Below, piece by piece: positions 1 to 13,960 of a stretch of 64,000 nucleotides of DNA. How positions within the stretch are numbered: the first letter of the stretch is position 1; each line of letters opens with the position of its first letter. Location of the stretch: NCBI GenBank assembly GCA_964016885.1, contig OZ024743.1, positions 118,296,001 through 118,360,000 of the forward strand, given 5' to 3'. The notes under the pieces were generated by a model that made no database searches, was not told the origin of the DNA, and saw only the letters and a program-made list of their open reading frames with translations. The stretch is from Eledone cirrhosa. Its lineage: Eukaryota. Made by a program: the position numbers and the translations under genes.

Positions 1-519
1 AAATATAACTTTCCATATATATATATATATATATATGAATAACCTGAAACTATGATAAAGCAAAGCCAATATTTTGAGCAAAGCATAACAAAAATGAAAT
101 AAATATGCAAAACCTGTTTTTTTTTTAATCTAATTAAACTAATTTCACCCCTGGGTTATCTCTTCCCTTCAATTATATACAGATATTTCTTAAATATATT
201 CCAAAGGAATGTTTATATATAAAATATATACTCATGCAATACATGATACCATCAATTTATACATATCGAATACGTGCGTAGAAAGAATAACCTGGCTACA
301 TTTGACATGTTCTAAATTTTTATCATTTTATATCTAAAACTTTTTCTTCGAATACTCACTTGTAAAATAATAACTGGTGGTCATTTTAAGGTCAAAGTAG
401 CACACGTTTTTATACATATGCATATTTTTACATGTCAGTAAGTGGTTTTGATCTTAAAATATCTATCAATCTTCCCCACCTCTCTCTCTCAATATACATG
501 TATGTGTGTGTATGTGTAT

Positions 520-583
<64 letters not shown>

Positions 584-634
584 ATACTTGTATGTGTATG
601 TGTGTATAGATATTTACATATTCATGAATACACG

Positions 635-727
<93 letters not shown>

Positions 728-1098
728 TGTGTGTGTGTGTGTGTGTATACAAATACAAATTTCTATTTCCTCTGTTATTGTTTATATCTTAAATTTATAT
801 TTTCCCTCCTATTCCCTTTTATCCTTTATTCTATCTTGTTCCTTATTTGATAAAACCTTTGTGATGTAGATAAGACATTTAGATGAATTTCAATAGAGCT
901 TATTGATAAACCTTTCTTTTTTTTTGTATATTCCTTTTAGAGAGTCATTTGTGTTTTAGAATAACATGGTTAATAAACCTGAAAGCAATCACATTAGTTG
1001 TCGAGGTAAGGCTATGCCCATGTAAATGCGACAACTCACTTTGATTGCCAATTAAAAGGAAGTTCCATTATTTATCGCTCTGAATATAGCATGTTAAA

Positions 1099-1278
1099 TA
1101 ATTGTTTCTACTTTTGACACAAAGCCAGTAAATACCCAGTACATTACTGGTACTTTATTTTATCGACCCCGTAAGGATGAAAGGCAACGTTAACCTCGGC
1201 GGGATTTGAACTCAGAATGGCAAGGCCGTAACTCTATACGTCAAAGCATGGTGTCCGACCCTCTACCGATACTGCCAA
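1099..1278 (-). mobile_element. tRNA-derived SINE (octopod family), near full-length; extra partial copy 1283-1345
   Basis: Minus strand reads TTGGCAGTATCGGTAGAGGG (A-box-like) ... GAGTTCAAATCCC (B box) ... GCCTTTCATCCTTACGGGGTCGATAAAATAAAGTACCAG; the same sequence recurs >10 times in the window. Confidence 0.85.
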
Positions 1279-1604
1279 GTTAAATAATTGTTTCTACTTT
1301 TGGCACAAGGCCAGCAATTACCCAGTGTATTACTGGTACTTTATATGAAACCAAAATTGAAGCAAATCTGATTTGCAATTCGTTAGTTTTGAGGAAAAAT
1401 TTCCTGTGGGCTTTAGAATTAACATTGAACGTCAGAAGAAATAAGTGGTCAAAAGGATATATTCTTTCCTATAATGAGTTAACAAGTTCGATGAAAATAT
1501 TGTACCATATCTTCAGCTCGAGCAGAGACTCGTGCCTGAAATTGAATTAACAGAAACCATCATATTGCGGGTATTATAATTTAAGAGGCCAGCTTTATGA
1601 CATA

Positions 1605-2193
1605 CTACCAGTGGTACCCGGCGTTGCACGGATAAGGTATTGTGAAATATATAACCGCCTTAGCTAAGCTTAGTATTGCCACAACCACGGCTGGCAAACA
1701 AGTAAGGGTATGGTGGTACGTAAGTAAGCAACACTGGCTTAAAACGTGAGGAAGAAGTTGTGTGCACTTACCAACTGTTTGGGGATTGAGTGTGAGATTT
1801 GTCTTGAGCAAGGGTGGCAGAATAACCGGACGCAGCAGACAGCCAGACATACAGACAGATATTATAAGGGCGCGTTCTGGACGCAGAGCGAATTGTAGGA
1901 AGTGACGTAATGCAGACAGCCAGGCATACAGACATATTGTAAAAGGGCGCGACGTTATATGTATGTATCTATCTAAAAAGGGAAATACTAAGAATTATAG
2001 AGAGAGATCGCTAAATCGCCTAATGCGGTCCCTAGAGCATGGAAAATTTGAAATTACTTTTGCTCAGAACACTCCCTGAAACATAAGTATTACATGTGTA
2101 AAGTTTGAAAACAGTCGGTTGGGTGCTTCTCTAGTTTTAGGGATTCAAACTCACACACACACAGACAGACATTCTCTGTTTTATATATATAGA
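1605..2193 (-). mobile_element. Non-autonomous Helitron-like element
   Basis: Minus strand begins 5'-TCTATATATATAAAAC followed by (TGTC/TG)n and ends with a CCGTGCAACGCCGGG hairpin then GTAG (CTAG variant). Confidence 0.65.
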
Positions 2194-2726
2194 CTAGCAG
2201 AAAACCACCCGGTGGGCGGTTTTCTGCTAGCAAATCTAGTGTATATACTGATATTGTTGAGATTTGGATGAGAAATGTTTTCGGCGCCACATGTTCACCG
2301 TCTCTCGGTGTGTCTTTTATGCATGTATAAATATATATGTTATCTATACGGTGAAATCTTTGAAATAAATATATGTTAAAACGAAAAAGGAGAAAAAGAG
2401 ATTAGTGACGGAAATATAAACGTTATAATATAACGATGGAAATATATCTTCAAATGGTCCTTGGCAGGGTGTCAAGTCAGAACCGCCTCGAACTGGTTAC
2501 TTCTAGCTTGTGCAATGTGTCTCTATAGCAACCAGCGATTCCCTCGGCCTCAGTGACCAAAGTCAGTGGAGAGGGGAAGGTAATGTTTCTGTAGCGACAG
2601 TGTTTCTCTTGGTAGTACCAAAGTGGAGAAAGGAAGGGGAAGGTAATATTTCTGTAGCACCTACATTTGAGTTTTAGGGAAGGACAGACAGACAGACAGA
2701 CAAACAGAGAAATGCCCATATATTTC

Positions 2727-2769
<43 letters not shown>

Positions 2770-3235
2770 CACACACAGAAATGTATGTATATTTCAGTGT
2801 GTGTATATATATATATGTATATATTACACACACAGAAATGTATATATATTTCTGTGTGTATATATATATATTTCTGTGTGTGTATATATATATATTACAC
2901 ACACACAGAAATGTATATATGTTTCTGTAGCACTCCTCAATTCCCCCTGTCTCCCTCCCGCTATCCCCCTCTTGTAGCCTGTCTCTTTCTTTCACTCTCA
3001 CTCTCTCTCTACACGTGCGCAAAAAACATTCGCACGCGCGCACGTGTTTTAGCGTCTATTCACGCTCTCTCTCTCTCTCCCTCTCTCCCTCCCGCTATCC
3101 CCCTCTCGTAGTCTGTCTCTTTCTTTCACTCTCACTCTCTCTCTACGCGTGCGCAAAAAACATTCGCACGCGCGCACTTGTTTCCACTGTTGGACAGACA
3201 GACAGAGAAATTGCTGGTTATATATTATAAGGAGA
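2194..3235 (-). mobile_element. Second Helitron-like element abutting the first
   Basis: 5'-TCTCCTTATAATATATAACC start with (TGTC)n; 3' hairpin and CTAG at 2194-2230; internal duplication ~2945-3048 / ~3080-3180. Confidence 0.45.
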
Positions 3236-3475
3236 TTGTGTCAGGGTGATTCCTGCTATACACAGGAACGTACGCTTTACGTTAACAAGAGAATCATCCA
3301 GTGGAAAGATCAAATGGCGGAGTAACGTTCAGAATTATTTACAGTGATTTGGAGAAAGTGAATTCACTTAGAACACACAGCTTATTACCTATGATTATCG
3401 TGCATATATATATATATATATATAGAAAAGTGAAGAATAACATGGTTGACAGTACAAACAAAGATATTTATTTAC

Positions 3476-3580
3476 AGTCTTACAATTGTTCCATGGTAGA
3501 ATTGTCTATAAATTGCTAAATACTGGAGACAGTATAACTCAATTTACAATACATCTAACTTCAATCATTTCATCAGAGCC
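3476..3580 (-). ncRNA. Degenerate hammerhead ribozyme in PLE 3' terminal repeat
   Basis: ggct-CUGAUGA-long stem II region-GGAAC-AAUU-GUA-agac; palindromic stem III ACAAUUGU; GAAA mutated to GGAA. Confidence 0.5.
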
Positions 3581-4080
3581 TATTAAGAAATATAAAATAT
3601 ATGCGTAACGGCAAACTTAAAAATTCAAATTACTACATCAATAATAGTATTAATGATAAATAAATAAAGGAAGGGGGACAGATAGAAATGAGAGAGAAAG
3701 AAAGAAAACCGGCAAAGTTACGAAATTAAACTATCACACCAAAATAAATATAATATTAATAATAATAAAGATATATATATATATAGAAAGAGAGAAGGGG
3801 GGTATATCATAGGCAAAGAGGAAGGATAAGTAAGGAAGATGAGAAAGAAATAGAGTAAGATTAAGGGGGATGAGGAAGCAGAGGGGGATAGAAATGAATC
3901 ATGAATATAGGGATATGAAGAAGAGAGAAAAGAAAAGAAAACATACGGACGAATATACATTACTATGTAAAATAGCTAATTTGAGATGTATTATATTTTA
4001 GGATAAAATGATCGAGATAAATTTTGTTTAAGTGGAGAAATACAAAGACAAATGGTGAAAGGTGTATATATATAAGATAA

Positions 4081-4215
4081 TAATTGTTTCTACTTTTGGC
4101 ACAAGGCCAGCAAATATCCAGTGTATTACTGGTACTTTATTTTATCGACCCCGTAAGGATGAAAGTCAAAGTTAACCTCGGCGGGATTTGAACTCAGAAT
4201 GGCAAAGGCCGTAAC
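4081..4215 (-). mobile_element. SINE copy inserted in PLE 3' region
   Basis: Matches the 1099-1278 family, lacking the A-box end. Confidence 0.85.
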
Positions 4216-6272
4216 ATATGAGATAATAATGATGTAAATACAAATAAAAATAAAAATAAGGATGTTAATACAAATGTTTTTAGGTTATTCCTACATAATT
4301 ATGAAGTTTGTGATAATTTGATATCGTAATAGATGCTAAATGTATAAAAAGGAATAAGAAGTAGAAAATGGAGTTAAGTTGGTCTAAAGTTCAGGAACAT
4401 CGTTGCTGATTTATGCCGGCAAATTCGGCAATTCGGCTGTTAAGAAGGGTTTTACTAAAATTAAGAATTTGGAATAGCTCCATATTACAGAGCCTACAAT
4501 GGGACATACCAGTTTGATAGGCCTTAGCAGGTGACAGTATTTTCCAGCTGATCTCGTCTTTAATGCTTGCATTCTTGAGTTGCCATATTTTATTGGCAAG
4601 AGTTGTTGTATTTACTTGATTCTTATTAATCATAGAATGTCTGTGCACGTACCACCGTTTTTTAAAACACCAGCTGTGGAACCAATGTAATACCATGCCA
4701 AGCTACCTGAGTTGATAGTACACAAGTATATTACGTCTTTCTCAAGGCATCTGTTTAGTAGAGGGCAATTGTCGGGTAAGTGGCAATTGCATAGAAATGC
4801 TTTCCTATGCGCCGGTTCTACTATATGATTTTGAAGATTGTTATGTATGGGCTACAAATTAGGTTTGTTGGTGTATTGTGGTGGTGTTCTTTGGCGTGTA
4901 TTTGGTTGCGATAATGTAATATGTGTGTGTTTTGTATTTGGTGATATGGAACTTACATGGGGGCTACTTTGGTTATGAATTCTTATGTAGTTAATTTTGT
5001 GAATGTGCGATTCTATGTTGTTAGCAGTGGAGTATGATAGTTTGATAGTTTGTCTATTAAAGATTTTATGATATTTATGTATTTTAGGGAAGTGTTTGTC
5101 AACTAATTTAAAGAAAGTGAAAGGAAACATAGTTTTAATAGAGGAGTTAAACATTGGATTAAACCATAAGCAGTTTCTATTTCTGTATCTTCTATGTCCG
5201 CTAGTGGTATTAGTATTAGCATTTTGTTTATTTAAATTAGGTATATGCTGCCTATTTATGCGTTTAGACCTAGGTTTGTTGATTCTATGGTTGTGGGAAG
5301 TATCGTTAACATTAAGTGTGTTGTTATTTTTTGTATCAGGTATGTATTTGAATCGTTCTTTATGGCCTGCCTTAAGTAAAGCTAAGTTGTAGTAGCTAGC
5401 GTGTTCATTAAACATGTCATGGTTAGAGGATAGGCACGAGATTCTAAGGGATATACTATACGCTATGGAGTTAATTATCGATCTAGGATGGTTCGAGTTA
5501 TAGTCAATGTAAGCTAAATTTTCATTATTTTTATGGAAGGGTCCTATTAGTCCTGAGTTAAACGATACGTCCAAGAAGTTGACTCTTTTTAGAGTTGGGT
5601 TCAAAAGTAATGCTAAGGCCTAAGTTATTAAAGAATTTTCTAATCTTCTTCCTTAATCTTTCTAAGTTTTGGGTATTTACGTTTCTAGCTAAAAGTAGAG
5701 TATCATCTCTATAGATTCCATCTTTTAAGTTACCAAATTCCCTATGTAAGAAATATGGTATAGTTTGTGATCTGGGCTGAGTCGTTCGATCCCATAGTAA
5801 TATCGAAGTTATTCAGTCTATTTTTTCGCTCCCAGTAACTGTTGTCGAATTTAATGATAGTTCGTCTAGCGGCTAGTATTATTTTAATTTCATCTGCTGA
5901 AAGACCCGAATGATTTTGGGCAAAGGATAATGCCTTATTAAGGGTGACTGGGGAGATAAAAGAGTAGTAGTCATTTATGTCAAATTATATAAAGTCGGAC
6001 GATTATTTATTGTCTAATGAGTTGAACCAGTCTATTGCTTGACTTGTGTTACTCCAGATCTTGATAGTTAGTTGTTTCTTAATTTGTGGTAATATTCTAT
6101 CTAGCATAAACTTTTTAATTCTACCTATATCTGATTTTGAAGGACATATAAATCTAATAGTAGGGTTGGTTTCGAAGTTAAATTTATGATCTTTCAGATT
6201 AAAAGTGGGTTCACAAGGTGTAAGAGGCTCGGTTCTAACGGATAATCAAAGTTTTTTTACTATGTTAAGACC

Positions 6273-6336
<64 letters not shown>

Positions 6337-6377
6337 AAATGAAAATCCGAAGGCAAGGTAAAATTCCAATCAATTAA

Positions 6378-6451
6378 TCACGACACATGTTTCAATAAGA
6401 GATTGATCGATTGTGAAGCCATGATCGATTATCACTGATCTCATCAGGTGA
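6378..6451 (-). ncRNA. Minimal type I hammerhead ribozyme (left arm)
   Basis: UCAC-CUGAUGA-(stem II/loop)-GAAAC-AUGU-GUC-GUGA; stem I UCAC/GUGA; palindromic ACAUGU in stem III as in PLE HHRs; stem II pairing is weak. Confidence 0.7.
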
Positions 6452-6965
6452 AAATGAATTGTCTTCAAATTCTTGATATGAGGGAGAAAAAATAACGATG
6501 TTCTCTCGCAGAATTCATTCCCCATATGCAGACACATCAGTCAGAGACACGGCGACTGCTATTAACTTCAGTTGAGGTCATACAAGTTGTAAGATTTCTG
6601 TTGCTGCAAAAGACGCTGGACATCAATCAAATCTGTAGGGATATAGTCGGTCACAGTTAATGTGAGTGGGTACACACCCACATACACCGGCTCGAGGTCA
6701 AAGGAAAATATATACATATATATACACACCTCAACACAGTATCAAACCTGTAGAATTATAGAAGGTCACAGTTAGTCTGGGTGGGTACACACACACTCTC
6801 ACACACACTCTCAGACAAAAAACAAATATAAGAAAACAAATATAAGAATGTACCAACACAGCATTCACCGAAAGTTAGTTCACAAAACAACAGATGGTAC
6901 ATTGGTCAAATCTCAATTGGACGATGTAAATTGGAAATATTGGGTTAACGAACGCCCCATACACA

Positions 6966-7003
<38 letters not shown>

Positions 7004-9299
7004 TACACATACACACACACACACACATACACACACACACACACACATACTCAAGCAAGTAAGTTCAGTTCAGTGTTCTGCTATACGTGTATAGATTGAA
7101 TTGTAACAACCATATCTTCAAGTGTATGTTATGGTATATACACATCCGAATCGTCCAAAAAAGGGTATGCCTGGGTATATACACATCTATGTGAAGAGCA
7201 AGCAATCAGCTTATATCGAACTCAGTATGTACCCCTGTCCCTTTGAGAATCCGAGTCACCAAATCCCTGCGTGCAAGCAACCGCAATGTAGGCAAGCAAG
7301 GGGCTCCGTGTAGGGTTGGGTATTGGGTAAATGCGTCAGTAAGTGCGATTTCCCGTCATATGTGACAATGAGCTTTTAAGATAGTTGTTTGAGTGGTGGA
7401 GGTGTGTCATCCAACACAGAAGGTGAAGCAAAAAACACGGGATAGTAAAATCCAGAGGATGTGTGTAGGCCCATTAATGGTGTTTAAGTTATATTGTTCA
7501 ATCCGTAATAGTGGGTTCTCCATGGTTAGATGATAACGAATCAAAACCTAGTGTAGTGTTCAGTCGTAATTGTGGGAGCTCAATGTCTAAAGCAAACGGG
7601 TACTGTGTGTAGAATTATGTATAGAGAGCGTAATCGGTCCTAACTAAGTGTGTAATACGACTAGCTATATCCCAACCGAGAGAACTCAATGGTTAGGATA
7701 TCTTAAAGTAAAGGTAGGTGCGCATAATCATTCATGCCTGAGTGTGCAATCAATTACTAACTAGGTATTCTATGTGTGTAATATATCTAACTATTTACTA
7801 GCTAGGTATTCTAAAAAAGTGCACTCAGCTGTGAGAACTCCGTGGAAACAGGCCGAGTATCGTTTGGAAGTGCGCAAACAATCTTAGCCGTCTAACTACC
7901 TGAGTGTGTGACTGCCTGTTTATTGAGAGAACTCTATGGCTAAAGTAGAGAGGGAGGAGTTACTAGTAGGTTACCTTCCAAAAATCCTGCGGAAGGTTTT
8001 CGAGGTTCTATGTTGGCAGTTGCTGAAAAAATCTCCTAGCCTGGAAAACCTTAATTGAATTCAACGGTGACCTGTGGACCAGGAAGGATTGGCCAGGCAA
8101 TTTCGACATCACCATGGGATTCACGGACTCGGCCCAGGTGACGGATCTGGTGGGCCTTTACCTCTTTTAATGTCTCGGAGTGAAAATGCCCCACTTGGGA
8201 GGCGACGTTTTGTTTACTGTGTCATTCCATAATAATAGTATGGTAGAGAGGATGAGGAAAAAACTTAGCAAATTCTTCAAGAACATAGACCTAAGTATAG
8301 TATTTCAAGAGAACTTTAAGATAGTTAATTTTCTAGATGTTACACTTAACCTCAATTCGAGACTCTTCCAACCCTACCACAAACCCAACGAGAATTTAAA
8401 CTATGTCAACGCAAAATCGAACTACCCTAGTAGAATTTCAGGACTATCTTCCAATGAAGATACCTTTAATAAGATCTCGAATTACTATAATAGCGCCCTG
8501 GAACGTGCGGGGCATAGCGAGGGAATCTCATTCAAACGTGCATTAAATAGTAGAAGCAACATTGCCTGCGATAGCTTAGGCCTAAATAGTGACAATCTAG
8601 TTAACAGCAGGCGTGATACGAGGGAGGATTCATATAGTCTTCATGTTGTACTGCCGCCTAGTCCCAATGCTGTTGGTACCAATAGAAACAACCACCCATG
8701 TACTAACACGGGGTCTGAGAAACGTAACGCCAGCGGAACTCTAATGGTAACCCTAATTGTGGAACCGATAAAACTACCGTTGAACGCAGTATGGAACGGG
8801 GGTCGAGTAAGGGGTATAGGGACAGGTGTAACAGGCGCATAGTGGATATAATCCCGGCTACGTGGGTAATCCCAATGGCCGCACGGGGTTACACCGACAT
8901 GGAGACTTCACCTTGCTTCACCTTGCTTCACCTTCTGTGTTGGATAACACACCTCAACCACTCAAACAACTATCTTAAATGCTCATTGGCCCATATGACG
9001 GGAAATCGCACTTACTGACGCATTTACCCAATACCCAACCTTACACGGAGCCCCTTGCTGGCCTACATTGCGGTTGCTTGCACGTACGGATTTGGTGACT
9101 CGGATTCTCAAGGGGACAGCGGTACATACTGAGTTCGATATGAGCTGATTGCTTGCTCTTCACATGGATGTGTATATACCCAGACATACCCTTTTTTGGA
9201 CGTTTCGGATGTGTATATACCATAACATACACTTGAAGATATGAATGTTACAATTCAATCTATACACGTATAGCAGAACACTGAACTGAACTTACTTGC

Positions 9300-9352
<53 letters not shown>

Positions 9353-9866
9353 GGGCGTTGGTTAACCCAATATTTCCAATTTACATCGTCAAATTGAGAT
9401 TTGACCAATGTACCATCTGTTGTTTTGTGAACTAACTTTCGGTGAATGCTGTGTTGGTACATTCTTATATTTGTTTTCTTATATCTGTTTTTTTGTCTGA
9501 CATCGCTTCGGTGTGTGTGTACCCACCCAGACTAACTGTGACCTTCTATAATTCTACAGGTTTGATACTGTGTTGAGGTGTGTATATATATGTATATATT
9601 TTCCTTTGACCTCGAGCTGGTGTATATGGGTGTAGAGTGTGTGTGTACCCACTCACATTAACTGTGACGACTATATCCCTACAGATTTGATTAATGTCCA
9701 GCGTCTTTTGCAGCAATAGAAATCTGACAACTTTTATGACCTCAACTGAAGTTAATAGCAGTCGCCATGTCTCTGACTGGTGTGTCTGCATATGAGGGAA
9801 TGAATTCTGTGAGAGAACATCGTTATTTTTTCTCCCTCATATCAAGAATTTGAAGACAATTCATTT

Positions 9867-9940
9867 TCACCTGATGAGATCAGTGATAATCGATCATGGC
9901 TTCACAATCGATCTATCTCTTATTAAAACATGTGTTGTGA
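9867..9940 (+). ncRNA. Mutated HHR copy (right arm)
   Basis: Same motif with AAAAC in place of GAAAC and a GUU triplet; probably inactive. Confidence 0.55.
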
Positions 9941-10156
9941 TTAAATGATTGGAATTTTAACTTGCCTTCAGATCTTCATTTTGATACTTACACTCCGTTT
10001 TACATCACCTATTTATTCCCTTGAATGAAATTGGGGATATACAAAAGCGTGGAGAACTTAATATTGCTAACATAAATTTATTGGACCATTTTACACTAAC
10101 AATAATGCACCTTACTATATAAGAACTATATCTATATATATATTTATTATATATAT

Positions 10157-10335
<179 letters not shown>

Positions 10336-10342
10336 CTTTTTC

Positions 10343-10401
<59 letters not shown>

Positions 10402-10407
<6 letters not shown>

Positions 10408-12595
10408 AGGTATGACATTAAACTGCATCATATGACAAAGATGCATCCAGTTCGGGAGTTTAGGAATTGAGTGGAATGTGGAATTAATCCCGGGTCTCCT
10501 CTGGACCGCCGCAGTAGCACCTGTAACGGCCATATTTATGGATTCAATAATTACCTTAGTGCCGCTAATAAGGTATTATCAGCCATCGAAAAGAACAATG
10601 GCCACTATAATTGACAGTACTGGGGTTAGGGTCCTTGTCTACACTGTCAAGGAGCAGTCAGGTATTTACGAGTGTGCCAGTTCAAAGCTACAGGGATGGC
10701 CAGAAGATGATTGATGGGCTGTCTCTGAGACACAACAATAAAATATAAAGATCTCAGTTTTGGCATGCAATAGAGCCTTTAAAATTAGCATACTACGTGT
10801 GAGGACTGTTCGGACGTTGGAGAAGTAGAGGAGTTGGGTCCTCTATTCGAGGAGTGAGTTGCGCAGGCTCCTACTTGATGAGACGTAGAGAGAACGATGA
10901 TTGGGAGGAGGAGCCAGCTCATCACCTCATCAGCTGTGATGAACTGAACTAATGCTGCAGTAGGAGGAGTGTGGTTTGTGTTGAGTACAGGAGCCAACCA
11001 ATTAGTGAAGGAGATCATACCTGTCTCCCCGCGAGTTTTGAGGGTGACCTTCAATGGAAAGCCATAGCTGACAGACATCTCAGCCTATAGTATAGAGAGA
11101 CAGGGATGAGAGTGCAGAGGTGTTCCATGAGAAAGTGTGTAGAGCTGTCAACACAACACGAGCTCACAACAACCTGCTTGTTTTGGGTGACTTCAATGCA
11201 CATCTGAATAAAGAGGGCGATGAGACCCTTGCTTGTACCTCCATGACCACCAACCTAAACTGGAGACTACTGTGAGACACCCCGATTGAGGTGACCCTTA
11301 TGATAACCAACCTAAGTTTTAGGAAGAATCGGCGGAAGATGTGGACCTACATCTCTGATATGCACCTGACCAAGTCACAGATTGATTTCATTCTGGTAAG
11401 GAGAAAGTGGCGGAACAGTGTCTGAAAATAGTACTCTACAGTTATCTCAGTAGACGGGGCAGAGACCACCGGGTTATTATGAGATAGGTCCTGGTGAGTT
11501 TAAGAAAGAGTAATGCTAAACTGCGGAGAGTTATCTCTGACTGGGGAGCTTTAAGGAAGATTATAAGTTATAGGAGAGTACACAGTAGAGGTGAGGAACA
11601 GGTTCAGTGCTCTATGTGGAGAGGCAGTATAGAGAGAATGTGGGGAATGAGGAGACTGTGAAGAGGGGGTACGGGTACTTCTCCACTGCAATGGCAGAAG
11701 CAAGTGAGGCACTGGCGCAGCGAAGAGAAAGGAAGAGGAGGGATGACAACTCTTCAGACACAAAAGTGTTTGCAGCCAGAGAACGCCTGAGCGCTGCCAA
11801 GGACCAATACCATGCTGCTCATACGGAGGTGCTGATGAAGAAGCTCAGGAGTGTATAAAGAGTGGTGGATAGGTGTAAGTTTAAAGAGAGCTGGACGATT
11901 ATCAATGAGATGACGGAGAGGAAGAGATGGAGTTAGAGGCAGATCCGCGAAACACAGCCAGAGTATAGTAAGAGAAAGATGAAGTGGCTTGACGGTTGTA
12001 AGGCCCTACTAGGGGAGCCACCTTCCACAGCCCAGAACATCGGAGAGATCAGACAGCTGTTTGAGGAACTGGACATTGAGACAGGATTCTTATCCAGAGA
12101 GGAGCATCAGAGAACCAAGTAGAAATCAAGGAACGTAAGGTCCATAGAGTAAATGGAGTCTGCATGAGATGTTATGAAATGGTGTGATTTTGATGATATC
12201 ATCCTTGAGTTCTGTACTACAGCTAGAGTTCTGTAACGCAGCTCTACAACAAAACCAGAGCCCAAGTCATCAAATCTGATTGGATGACGAAATTCTTTGA
12301 GATACTGGCTGGAGTGCACTAGAGTGATACATTTGCTCACTATCTTTTCCCCATCGCAGTAGACTGTGACTCTTGTAAGCGCCTTGAACTGGAGAAACCC
12401 TACGACTCGGGCTTCATAAAACACCGGCTCAGAGAAGGAGAGGTAAGCCTAGAAAGATATCAGGAGCTGAATTTGCTGACAGAACATGGAGACCGTGGAT
12501 TACATATGGTGTAGCTCTAAGGACAGACACTGACCTCTTCCAGACGCGAGACATAGCGAGACAGAGACTGCAGGAACTCGTCCATGGATCTAGAA
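10402..12595 (+). mobile_element. Degenerate RTE/RTE-X-type LINE with internal deletions
   Basis: APE motifs GDFNAHL (~11186), WTYISD..SQIDFILVRRKWRNSV, DHR; RT remnant LYNKTRAQV..FEILAGVH*SDTFAHYLF (~12240-12360); 3' end GAACTCGTCCATG shared with the 31350 element. Confidence 0.85.
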
Positions 12596-13503
12596 TATAT
12601 ATATATATATACAAGCGAGCGAAGTGCATTCTTTTTTTAAACAATAGAGTCAGATTTGTGTGAATACAATCACACGCACACATATATAATGAACTTTAAA
12701 CCTAACAAATATAAACACACACAACATAAATGTAGGAAAACACATAAACAGTACACACGACAGAGACAATAATCATTGCTGAGCGTAATCATAATTAGAC
12801 ATGACATTTAGTGTTCATGATTGGATCTTATGCTGAAAGCTTCCTTTCCAACACCTAAACTGGTTGATTATTTACGCCATATATTACTTCATATAAGTAG
12901 GCACACATTCTGCACTAAGGTGATCCTCTACTGAACTACAAATAACGAAATTCAGTTGACAAGTGAAGCAGGTACTTCTATTGCTTTACAATGCTTTCTA
13001 ATTTTAAACATACGGAGAATGAGTAAGGGGTTAATTTAACTTCTCAATCAATTTGCTTGCGTTCAAAGAAGGTATAGTAACACACATACACACACGTACA
13101 ACCACACACACACGCACGCACACACACACATATATATACATACATGAATATGTATGTCTATCCATCCATCTATCTATCTATCTCTATCTATCTATCTTTG
13201 TGTGTATAAATGTGTGTGTATTCCCTTAATGTAATTATGATACAGAATTAATGTGAAAGAGGTAGAGAGGCAAATGTTATCATTTATATTGTACATAAAA
13301 TTGAATAAAGCTTGGAATTGTTGTTCTTTTAGTCGCGAGTTTCCAGTTATCTAATCATAGTATATATGAAACCTACACCCAGGTTACTTGGAAAAGTTCT
13401 CAAATATTCAAATATCTGTATCTGTGACAAGAATGTTTTGCAAAGTATTGCAAAGACTACACACACACACACACAAAGACACACAGACATAGACTCAGAC
13501 ACT

Positions 13504-13553
<50 letters not shown>

Positions 13554-13589
13554 GAGAGAGAGATAAAGATATAGATTTCGTTATTTGCC

Positions 13590-13960
13590 AAAAGGGCGCC
13601 CACCAAATGGAACATTACAATACCTCACGGCGGGGGTTCTTCATGTAAGCGTGTTAACAAATTTAATAATTATAAAATTGAGTTAAAAATATCGAAATCC
13701 CTAATAGGGGGAAGAGGCCTGCGGGGTTGTTTTACACCTCGTAGAAAGAACAACCCTCAACACCAGGAGCATGTTTTGTAAGTGCTCCTGTCTTCTCTCT
13801 TCTTCAACTTACAGGTTTATATACAGAGAAGCCCCATTCCCTCGGGCCATTTTCACCAGATTCATCCACGATTCGGCGAATTTACTGGGTTGCCTCTTTC
13901 TCAACCCTCACTTTCCTTTTAAAATAATATTTGAAGAAAGGGAAGAGTTTTAGTTTCCTG
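13590..13960 (-). mobile_element. Probable L1/Tx1-type LINE 3' end
   Basis: Minus strand encodes FFKYYFKRKVRVEK...KFAESWMNLVKMARGNGASLYINL*, resembling Tx1-like ORF2 C-termini (recognition from memory). Confidence 0.4.

Larger units (their letters stand above)
3422..6277 (-). mobile_element. Degenerate Penelope-like retroelement (RT + C-terminal GIY-YIG), 5'-truncated
   Basis: Minus-strand translation: LKDHKFNFETNPTIRFI, FDINDYYSFISP, FDITMGSNDSAQIT, DGIYRDD (~5700-5722), VNFLDVSF (ORF 4852-5604), CNCHLPDNCPLLNRCLEKDVIY...YYIGST (~4680-4790), CRLCNMELFQIL..LLNSR; (TA)n at both ends; frameshifts and stops. Confidence 0.9.
6332..10147 (+). mobile_element. Fold-back PLE derivative: RT remnant between 1.1-kb inverted arms
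   Basis: 6332-7431 is the reverse complement of 8923-9986. Plus-strand RT motifs FDITMGFTDSAQVTDLVGLYL (8102-8164) and VNFLDVTLNL..QPYHKPN (ORF 8180-8842). Bounded by (TA)n. Confidence 0.85.

Noticed and set aside
432-850. YI/CV/HT/LS-repeat ORFs here and throughout the ORF track
   Set aside because: Translations of (TA)n, (TG)n, (CA)n and (GA)n microsatellites, which lack stop codons; not genes.
1475-1522. Possible HHR on the minus strand (CUGAAGA..GAAC)
   Set aside because: GAAA incomplete and stem I out of register; at best a decayed relic.
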